Made by a program: the position numbers and the translations under genes. DNA of 64,000 nucleotides from an uncultured Acidobacteriota bacterium (lineage in GTDB: Bacteria > Acidobacteriota > Blastocatellia > RBC074): assembly GCA_963796275.1 (NCBI GenBank), contig CAWCKY010000007.1, positions 64,001-128,000 on the forward strand. The letters are read 5' to 3'. The notes under the pieces are model-generated. The model had not been told where the DNA came from and did not search any database. It was given only the letters and a program-made list of their open reading frames with translations. Of this stretch, positions 29,977 through 38,383 are shown piece after piece. The first letter of the stretch is position 1, and each line of letters opens with the position of its first letter.

Positions 29977-31024
29977 TTAGGCTGAAAGTTGCAACACCTT
30001 GTACCAGGTTTTTCCGCCGTCAACCGTCCGATAAACATTTCTTCGAGAAAGTACCCATCCATTCTGAGGATCCTGAAAAGTAAATTAATTCATAAAAGAC
30101 CTCATTATGTTTAATATTCATTTCCTTCCAACTTTTACCGCCATCGATAGTTTGCAACACAATGCCACCTTTGTTTTCAGACACATCAACCTCTGAACCC
30201 CATCCAACAGCCCATCCCAGCTTTGCGTCCACAAAATAGATAGTTTTTATTTTCCAACCTTCTCCTGGAATCGAAAAAGACAAAGGACGCCACCTTCTCC
30301 CACCATCTAGAGTCCTGTATAACTCTCCTCTTAGCCCCTTAACCCACCCCACGATTTTAGAAACAAAGAAAACATTCGTATACTCCGTTTCTTCTGACCC
30401 TACTTCGATTTCTTCCCAGCTTTCGCCACCGTTCTTAGTATGATACATAATTCCATATTCTCCACCTATCCATCCTTCGTTGGAATCGAGAAAGAAGAGG
30501 GAGTAAAAATGATAGTGTTCTTGTGTTGGAGGAGCATGCTCACGCCAAGTTTTTCCTCCATCAACAGTTCGCCAAATCGTGAAAGGCCCCAATACCCACC
30601 CGTGCAATTTGTCCGCGAATTTTAAGCCTACAGATGAAACGAAAGATGGGGTGTTTGCTCTAAGCCTATTCCAGGTCAGCCCACCATCTTCAGTTATCCA
30701 CAAATTTCCAAATTTATTTATTACCCAGCCATTATTTTCATCAACAAAGCTAAGTAGATCGAATCCATCAACAGTACCAGCAGCTATTTTATTCCACTTC
30801 CCACCTCCATCCTGAGTAACCAATAGATCACCCTCCTTCGACACGATCCACGCGTGATCCTTTCCTCTAAATTCAGCGCAAAGTGGTTGTGCGTAAGAGA
30901 CTTCCTGGTCAGCAGTATTTGCATCATTAGTCTTCACCGATTTTGGTTGCGATGATTCACAACACGATGAGATAGCGACGAAAACTAATAACACATACAA
31001 TAGGTGCTTCACTTTCTCTCTCAT
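29977..31024 (-). CDS. YCF48/BNR (Asp-box) beta-propeller lipoprotein, putative immunity protein; +1 frameshift at ~30070
   Basis: Lipoprotein-like signal (VFVAISSC) and repeated T-x-DGG-x-x-W boxes. Removing one G restores a final blade FSDPQNGWVLSRRNVYRTVDGGKTWYKVLQLSA* (stop 29977-29979). Confidence 0.8.
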
Positions 31025-31147
31025 TCAGGTGCTCCAAATAAACTTTGGCAGAATCTACGAATAACCCACATGGTAAAAGCTAAGGCTAGACTTCTCTACC
31101 TCTCGGGAGCATATCCAATTGTAGGTGATATGTATAACGGGTTCATA

Positions 31148-34100
31148 TCAATATCGGTATCTTGGTTTCGGTAATTTAGCACCCTCAATGCAGTTTAGAT
31201 AAACAATTGCGTCAACTTCGGAGTCTGATTTGACGTATTCATGTGGATTGGAGGCATGATGGGTATATTTTCCCGTCGCATGCGACAACTCATGAAGCCA
31301 AACTGCTGTTTGCATCTGAACACGATCTAGGTCCACAAGTTGCCTACCAACTCGTATGGTCGTTCCATCTCTTTGAGAGAAGTAACGAGCATATAACATG
31401 ATTTTTGCGTCCCCTCCTATTCCCGTTGTTTGCGCTGCGGCATTTGGATTACCACTGGGGATAAGCTGGTCAGGGGCATAGCCCGTATTCCCACTGTTCC
31501 TAATAGTATCCAGTAATTCAGCTGGATCTGGAAACTTATTCGACCCGATCGCCTCTCTACATCTCCTAGCTAGATCATTGTTACCAGATAATATGGATTT
31601 TGCATTGAGGTATCCCATATAATACTCATGATGAGTTGGTATCTTATTTCGTTGTGTCCATGGTGCACGTTGTTGCAAACTACCCAAGGACCCTGAGAAA
31701 AAGTTTGAAATGGTTACTTTATACTGTATACTCCCATAGATATCGATCCCCCAATCATTCTCCTTCCAGTAGTCTTTCGCATTGTCAGTATAATCAGGTG
31801 TAATTGACAATCCAGGAACCGAGGTACTCGCAATCCCAGTTGGGGTCGCAATTTGATCGATACTGGCTGACCCATGTGATATCAATCCGATAGTCTGCTC
31901 ACATGGCGTTTGTATACCATCCAAATAACAGTCCAATCCCATACTGCCAGCAGGATTGCTATAACCGTAAGGAGAGGCAGACCCTCCTGAATTGTCATTG
32001 TAATAACTCTCAGGAGGGGGAGATCCACTTGACCCACCTCCGCTATTCCAAGCATCGATCTCACCTTGCGAAGCCGCTTTTACTAATCCGCCTAGAGGAT
32101 CGACAGAGTAAACATTGTAGCTAGAGGCGTTTCCGCTCTTCGCAATCCAGTTATAAGGGTCACGGTGGCTAAATGTCACTCCAGGAATTGAGAATATCGA
32201 TGTTTGGTCATACAATCTGGTTGCGATTAACTCACCGCCCGCATAAACATAGAGCTGTCTATAAGTTGAATATATCAGATGCTGGGTATCAATACAATAA
32301 CAACGTGTAATAAGATACTGCCCATTTTCCAAACTCCAAGGGATACTCCCAACAAACAACGCTTCTGAAAGAACCGTTGACCTGACATAGTACGCAGCGT
32401 GACCCGTCTGAATGCTACCATCTGGACTCCTATGCCTTGAAGTTTTAGAAACCAGGTTCCCGTCGCCGTCGAACTGATAATCATCTGTGCTAGAGTAGAA
32501 CTGACTGTCGTGGGGGAGTTTGGTAATTCTTACCATTCTTCCATCCGCATTCCAATCAAGAGTCTCGTCAAAGAAAATTGGACCACCAGGGGCAGTATAC
32601 CTCTTGATATCACCTGCGACATCGTACTGCCAGTTGTGCTTTATATCTTGCACGTTCGTGGCTCGATCATTTATATAGGCAGCAGAAAACGTAGCTTGGT
32701 TGATATACCAATATCTTCCCGACCGGCTAGTCAGATGATTGAATGGATCATAAGCATAGTCTTGTATCAACTGTTGAGGCGCGGGACTCCCTAACCCGGC
32801 GGCTATGGCTGAACGAGCCTGAGTCACACGCCCGACATGGTCATAACTACGAGACTGGTCCAAAGTACGATTGTAGAGCCCCTGAACAGTTTTGAGCTGC
32901 CCGTCGAGGTCGTAACCATAATTTGCGCCAACAACGCTTTGATCGTTTATGCTGGATATCAACATCCGATTGTTATACTGCGAGGTAATAGTGTAGCCAC
33001 CATAACCGTATAAGATTTGTTTTGGTGCTCCCCATGCCCTATACTTGATGTCCGCAATGTAATCGGTAACCCCGTCGCGCGGCGTGCCTGATACTTTGGT
33101 CACCATTCCAGATATATCGTGAGAATAGTCAATCGTATCGCCTGTTGGGGTCAAGATACGTTTCAGCCCTCCTCCGAGGTTGTAGTCGTAACCGACCGAA
33201 TATGTGTTCAGGTATGACTGTCCCGATCCTCCATAGATGTAACGTGAGAGGTCATCAATTACTCGGGTCTCACTTGTCATTCGGCTTAGCGTGTCATAGG
33301 TATATGTCACTATGCCAGGCCCATCATCCATTACAGTGCGATTCCCTGCTTCGTCATATGCAAAGGTGACATTTGGCGTCTGGGCAACACCAGATGGGGC
33401 ACCATAGATAATACTCGTCACCAAGTGACGATTGTTGTAACCGTATGTCGCACTCCCTCCACGCGGATCTGTTGACCTCATTAAAGTATCATTGGGGTAA
33501 TATTCATAGATATCGTATGGAGTCTCGCTCTGCGGATTCCCAACATATTTCGGCAACTGCCGCGTCTTCAGCCTCCCATGCCCGTCATAAACCATCACCG
33601 TATTTTGCGACACTCCTGAAGCATTATCTATCACGTTAATATTGGTAACCTGACTACGTGTATTGTAAGTATACGTCGTCGTCGAGTAAACGTCATTCCC
33701 ATTCGACCCGCCGTAGTGGTAGGTTCGCTCTTTCCGCACCCTCCCCAGAATATCGTATTCCTGCTCCCGCCGTCTCCCCATTTCATCCGTGTAGGTAACC
33801 AACTGACCTCCAGCACATCCGCATCCAGCGTAGCTAATTGATTTGGTGGTTAAGTCCTGGTTCGTCAAGACCGTCGGCCTCCCCTGCCAATCGTAAACCT
33901 GATAAGTCTGCCCCGTTCCCCCCGCATCATCCCCCGCCGCCTGCCAGTCTGCATCTATCTCTGCCCAATTATTCGGCCGCGCCAATCGTCCCATCTCATC
34001 ATAGTGATTTAGTTTCGCCCGATACTGCCCGACGCTTGCCGGATGGTCTGCCAACTCTGCTCGCACACGACCATGACCATCGAAGCGTGTAGCTGAATAG

Positions 34101-37100
34101 AACTCTGTCGCCAGATCTTTGATCGTGGTATAGGACTCGACGAACCACTGGTCCGGAGTGTATTCGTAGCGCGTGTAAGCTTCGTTGACCTGATTGGTGA
34201 CTCGCTCAAGACGCCCAATCGCGTCATAGGTTCGCGTTAATACCGCTCCCTTTGGATCCTCCGTCTGTGTAACAGCGCCGAAGTCAAAGTTGTATTTGAC
34301 CGTCGAGAAGAAATTATCTGGATCGGTCACTTTCGTCTGATAGGCAAATGTGTTGTGATTCACTCCATCCGAGAAGGAATCGGTGTAACTGATGCTTGTC
34401 TGATGATTGAGCGGATCGCGGCTGAAGATGACTGAACCTGAGGTGTTATAACCCGTCTTGTATTCCGAGACCTTGGCCCCATTGTTGGGATCGGTTACAT
34501 CCCAGCGGCGCATGCTGTTCAGGTTCCCGCGCCCCTGCACGAATAACGGACCGTAATTGGTCGTATCATGCCTTACTGGCGGGCCTTGATGCTCCTGATA
34601 TGTCCCGCCCAGATCATAGCGATAGTCCACCTTCGAGAAGAGATTGTTATTGCCATCGTAGAGGAACTGCGCGCTGGGCAGGCCGATGATTCGCCGATTG
34701 GTGTAGACTGTGTTCAGGTTGTAATCCCTGTGATTGTGCTGCAGCACCGTTGTCCCGTTGACATCATACTGATAGACATCGATCGGCAAACCGAAGCTGG
34801 TGTAACTGATCGTGCTCCGACTGCGATTGCCTGCATCGTCGTAAACATTGGTCTCAACCACACGCGGATTGAGCTGGTATGAGATTGCAGTGTTATCTTG
34901 CGTCCACTGGAGAGAGGTCCATTTCTTCCTCGCATTGCCTGACCATATCTCGGTTTGTGTCGTCAGTCCTCGTTGCCAACTAGTGGTTGCGAAGAATTCT
35001 CTTTGGAGCGTCCCATCCGGCGAGGTCACATACCCTTCAGTCCCATTCTGGATGGCAGGACCATAGGTAGTGTCCGTTGCCGACCACGATCCTCCGGCCC
35101 AATGCTCGATCGCCCAATCCGTCCGCATCGTGAAGCGCGGGCAATCAGATTGCGGCGCGCTGCTGTTAGCAGGCAGGTTGTAGATAGTGTATGCCCGCTC
35201 GACGTAGTCTGCGGGGAACGACTGCGGGTTCGAGTCCTCAGGTGCATATTTCCTGATCGCCTTGACCTGGGCATAGGTGTTGTATTCGAACTTGTAGATC
35301 GACCCATCGGCCAATCCGACCTGAGTCAGCACCGAGACACTGGAGCCATTGGCCACTCCCTGCAGACTGAGTCCGGGGAAATTGGTCTGGATCACCTGAG
35401 TGCCGTAGCTGAAGGTTGCCCAGGTGTGCGTCTGCCCGTTCCAGCTCTGGGTGATCGAGTTGAGGTGGAAGAAGGAGTCGTAATTGAAAGTGATCACCCT
35501 GTTCAGAGTATCGACAATCGTGCTGATCTCGGCGCCGCCAGACCCGGCGCCATAGTTGATCGTGATGTAATTGCCGTTGCGATCCTTGATCTGAGTTGGT
35601 TTGTACTCGCCGCCTTTGAATTCGAACCTCAACTGTGTGCCATTGGTCGGACGCAAGTTCATTGAGTTGTCGGCTGGATTGTAGGTCAAGTGCAGATATG
35701 ACGAATCGACCGATTCGAAGACATTCTGACTGACCTCTCGCAATTCCACAGCCTGGCCAGAGGGCATAATCAAAAGGTAAGCATTCTTCCCGGCTTGCGG
35801 GTTGAAGAAGTAGCGCTGAACAATCGGGAAACCCAGCCGGAAGCCAGGAGCCGGATTGCCTGAATCGAGGTCGAAGTGAATGGCGCTCCCAGTATTCAAT
35901 AAAACCTTCGTCTTCCCGGCCTTATCCCAACTGGCGCTCCCTCCATAGAGTGTGAAGGCCATTCCATTGATTGTGCTTCCCTCCAGCCCGACCAGATTCG
36001 CAGGTACTTCCAATCGCACCCACCGTCCCTCCGGAGGCAATGGCCCCATATATCTCAGACTCGCCGTTCCCTCCACTGCCCCAGGAAAATTATTAGCCCC
36101 CCAATAAGCGCGGTGATCCCAGCTACCATCATTCCATTGCAACATGATCGAGCTTGGCTTGTTGATCGGATCAAGATGGACATAAGCATATAGTCTATCA
36201 CCAGCATTGACCTGCAAGGTCTGGGTTGCCCCATAGAAGTAGTGTTGATGGACGCCTGATGCAACAGCGGATTGGTGATAAGCCGTCCCCGAATATGGAC
36301 TTGGGGTAGCGCCGACCCAGGTCCAACTATCTCCTCCAACGGTTGCTCCTGCCGGCAACGAATCATCGAACCACACTATATCTCCAGCATTGGTAGCCTT
36401 GCCTGCCTTATCCCAATGCGCCATCCCACCATCGAGCGTGAAAGCCATCCCATTGATCGTTTTCCCTGCCAACCCCACCTCGCTTGACAGCACTTCCAGC
36501 TTCACCCATCCTTCTGTCGCTGGTAACGGCCCCATATACTTCCGGCTTGCTGTTCCATTTGTTCCAAATACGATGTTGTTGGCTCCCCAATAGGCTCGAT
36601 GCTCCCAACTACCGTTTTCATGCCACTGAAGCATAATCTCATTGGGAAGATTCGCTGGGTCGAGATAGACATAAGTATAAAGTTTCTCCGCCGGAGCAGT
36701 GTTACTAATCTGCAGGGTCCGGGTTGCCTCATAGAAGAAGTATTGATGGAAACCCGCTGCAGCAGCGGATTGATGGTAAGCCGTCCCTGAATACGGACCG
36801 AAGCTAGCGCCAACCCACTTCCAACTGTCTCCTCCGTTGGCCTGTAGAATAGCACCTGCCGGCAGTGAATCATCGAACCAGATGATATCTCCGCTGCTGT
36901 TGGCCTTGCCTGAGTTATCCCAATAGGCTCTGTTGACGCCCGATGCCCAGAGCGTGAAGGCCATCCCACTGACTGTCTTGCCCTCCAATCCAACTTGGCT
37001 TGCAGACACTTCCAAACGCACCCATTGTCCTGCTGCAGGCAATGGCCCCATATTGCGCCGGCTGTTTATCCCATCAGTTCCGAAACTGAGTGCGTTGGTT

Positions 37101-37717
37101 CCCCAATAAGCCCGATGCTCCCAGCTTCCGTTCTCAAACCACTGTAGCATGACCTCGCCGGGAGGATTGGCAGGATCGAGATAGACGTAACTATAGAGTT
37201 TATCCCCGGCATTGATCTGCAGGGTCTGGGTGGCTCCATAGAAATTGTGCACATGATAACCTGCTACGAGATTGGATGGATGATAAAACGACCCCGAATA
37301 TGGATTCAGGCCAATAGAAGGACTTATCCACGTCCAACTATCTCCTCCTTCACCCATTGGCACCGCTCCTGCCGGCAATGAATCTTCGACCCACGCCGCA
37401 TCGTCAACGACTACTTCAGGACCTACTCTTGTATAGAGCAGAGAGTTAAGTGAAAGCCCGAGGTTTACATCCAATCCGGCACGTCCGGGAAGATTGAGTA
37501 GAGAAAGCCCCCAGTTGAAATTGCGCGAAAGCAGGTCTTCTCCCGATGCGCCCTTGCGATTTCGAGGATCGAGCTGTGCCATGGCGAGATCGGCTTCCGT
37601 TTGAAACATCAGGCTTGCAGCAGCCTTTGTCGCGCTCGGAGACAACATAACAGGCGAATCAGAGACCGCTCGCTCGGCGCCGTTGATCGAAATATCCAGT
37701 GATGGGTTGTTCAGCAT
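31148..37717 (-). CDS. Rhs/YD-repeat protein with three tandem N-terminal modules and a C-terminal HExxH metallopeptidase-like domain
   Basis: YD repeats (YDAIGRL, YDEMGRL, YDWQGRP, YDILGRV, YDGHGRL, YDEAGNR), core end YSVDPLG (~32095), and WLHELSHATG (HELSH at 31280-31294). Confidence 0.9.
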   Translation of the reverse strand: MLNNPSLDISINGAERAVSDSPVMLSPSATKAAASLMFQTEADLAMAQLDPRNRKGASGEDLLSRNFNWGLSLLNLPGRAGLDVNLGLSLNSLLYTRVGPEVVVDDAAWVEDSLPAGAVPMGEGGDSWTWISPSIGLNPYSGSFYHPSNLVAGYHVHNFYGATQTLQINAGDKLYSYVYLDPANPPGEVMLQWFENGSWEHRAYWGTNALSFGTDGINSRRNMGPLPAAGQWVRLEVSASQVGLEGKTVSGMAFTLWASGVNRAYWDNSGKANSSGDIIWFDDSLPAGAILQANGGDSWKWVGASFGPYSGTAYHQSAAAAGFHQYFFYEATRTLQISNTAPAEKLYTYVYLDPANLPNEIMLQWHENGSWEHRAYWGANNIVFGTNGTASRKYMGPLPATEGWVKLEVLSSEVGLAGKTINGMAFTLDGGMAHWDKAGKATNAGDIVWFDDSLPAGATVGGDSWTWVGATPSPYSGTAYHQSAVASGVHQHYFYGATQTLQVNAGDRLYAYVHLDPINKPSSIMLQWNDGSWDHRAYWGANNFPGAVEGTASLRYMGPLPPEGRWVRLEVPANLVGLEGSTINGMAFTLYGGSASWDKAGKTKVLLNTGSAIHFDLDSGNPAPGFRLGFPIVQRYFFNPQAGKNAYLLIMPSGQAVELREVSQNVFESVDSSYLHLTYNPADNSMNLRPTNGTQLRFEFKGGEYKPTQIKDRNGNYITINYGAGSGGAEISTIVDTLNRVITFNYDSFFHLNSITQSWNGQTHTWATFSYGTQVIQTNFPGLSLQGVANGSSVSVLTQVGLADGSIYKFEYNTYAQVKAIRKYAPEDSNPQSFPADYVERAYTIYNLPANSSAPQSDCPRFTMRTDWAIEHWAGGSWSATDTTYGPAIQNGTEGYVTSPDGTLQREFFATTSWQRGLTTQTEIWSGNARKKWTSLQWTQDNTAISYQLNPRVVETNVYDDAGNRSRSTISYTSFGLPIDVYQYDVNGTTVLQHNHRDYNLNTVYTNRRIIGLPSAQFLYDGNNNLFSKVDYRYDLGGTYQEHQGPPVRHDTTNYGPLFVQGRGNLNSMRRWDVTDPNNGAKVSEYKTGYNTSGSVIFSRDPLNHQTSISYTDSFSDGVNHNTFAYQTKVTDPDNFFSTVKYNFDFGAVTQTEDPKGAVLTRTYDAIGRLERVTNQVNEAYTRYEYTPDQWFVESYTTIKDLATEFYSATRFDGHGRVRAELADHPASVGQYRAKLNHYDEMGRLARPNNWAEIDADWQAAGDDAGGTGQTYQVYDWQGRPTVLTNQDLTTKSISYAGCGCAGGQLVTYTDEMGRRREQEYDILGRVRKERTYHYGGSNGNDVYSTTTYTYNTRSQVTNINVIDNASGVSQNTVMVYDGHGRLKTRQLPKYVGNPQSETPYDIYEYYPNDTLMRSTDPRGGSATYGYNNRHLVTSIIYGAPSGVAQTPNVTFAYDEAGNRTVMDDGPGIVTYTYDTLSRMTSETRVIDDLSRYIYGGSGQSYLNTYSVGYDYNLGGGLKRILTPTGDTIDYSHDISGMVTKVSGTPRDGVTDYIADIKYRAWGAPKQILYGYGGYTITSQYNNRMLISSINDQSVVGANYGYDLDGQLKTVQGLYNRTLDQSRSYDHVGRVTQARSAIAAGLGSPAPQQLIQDYAYDPFNHLTSRSGRYWYINQATFSAAYINDRATNVQDIKHNWQYDVAGDIKRYTAPGGPIFFDETLDWNADGRMVRITKLPHDSQFYSSTDDYQFDGDGNLVSKTSRHRSPDGSIQTGHAAYYVRSTVLSEALFVGSIPWSLENGQYLITRCYCIDTQHLIYSTYRQLYVYAGGELIATRLYDQTSIFSIPGVTFSHRDPYNWIAKSGNASSYNVYSVDPLGGLVKAASQGEIDAWNSGGGSSGSPPPESYYNDNSGGSASPYGYSNPAGSMGLDCYLDGIQTPCEQTIGLISHGSASIDQIATPTGIASTSVPGLSITPDYTDNAKDYWKENDWGIDIYGSIQYKVTISNFFSGSLGSLQQRAPWTQRNKIPTHHEYYMGYLNAKSILSGNNDLARRCREAIGSNKFPDPAELLDTIRNSGNTGYAPDQLIPSGNPNAAAQTTGIGGDAKIMLYARYFSQRDGTTIRVGRQLVDLDRVQMQTAVWLHELSHATGKYTHHASNPHEYVKSDSEVDAIVYLNCIEGAKLPKPRYRY
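35912..37405 (-). repeat. Three tandem ~160-170-aa domain repeats within the Rhs gene
   Basis: Units at ~37405-36890, 36889-36383 and 36382-35912. Each has W-x-[DE]DSLPAGA...GGDSW...YV[YH]LDP...MLQW...W[ED]HRAYWG...MGPLP...WV[RK]LEV...GMAFTL...WD-x-x-GK. Confidence 0.92.
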
Positions 37718-38383
37718 CCGCCAGAGATCGCTTCCCGAGCCGTCAATAGGGTATCCGCCGCCTTGACTTGAGAGGATAGCGTGTTAATAAAGTGCTTTGT
37801 TTGCGTCCGATAATGCATCTAATGTAACCGATATATGTATAATAGACAGTTACATGGATGTTGGGTTGCTGCTGACGGCCGTCACTCCAGGATTGCCGCG
37901 GCTGGCCATGCCACAAAGGTCAACCGGAGATCGACGCCGATTGCCACAACGCTAGGTCTTTAAGCTGGGTTCCGTTAGAAACTGATTTTGTTGCAAAAGT
38001 GGCGTCACTCCACGAAAAAATAGAATTAAATTTTGAAAGATTCCCATTAAATCAATCACGCCATTTCCTCGGCTCCCGACACAAACAATCTATCTTATTT
38101 TCGCTGCCTTTTGGTCAAGGCAATGGATCCAACGTTAGCCTAGACTAGAGAGGAGAGAACTATCTATAAACGCCGCGCAATTTTTTTTATGCTTTCACTG
38201 TTCGTCGTTGGAAGTACCGATTCTTCAGGAAAACCAGTACCGAAACACAAGCCGCGACAGACGGTGGTGGCACACTACCGGCTCACCTAAAGGATACCGA
38301 CTTTCGCCGCTCGTCGCGCCGGCAGCGGATCAAATTCTATACAGCAGGAAGTTCTGTATATCCGTGCTTCCGCCGCCAGGTTC

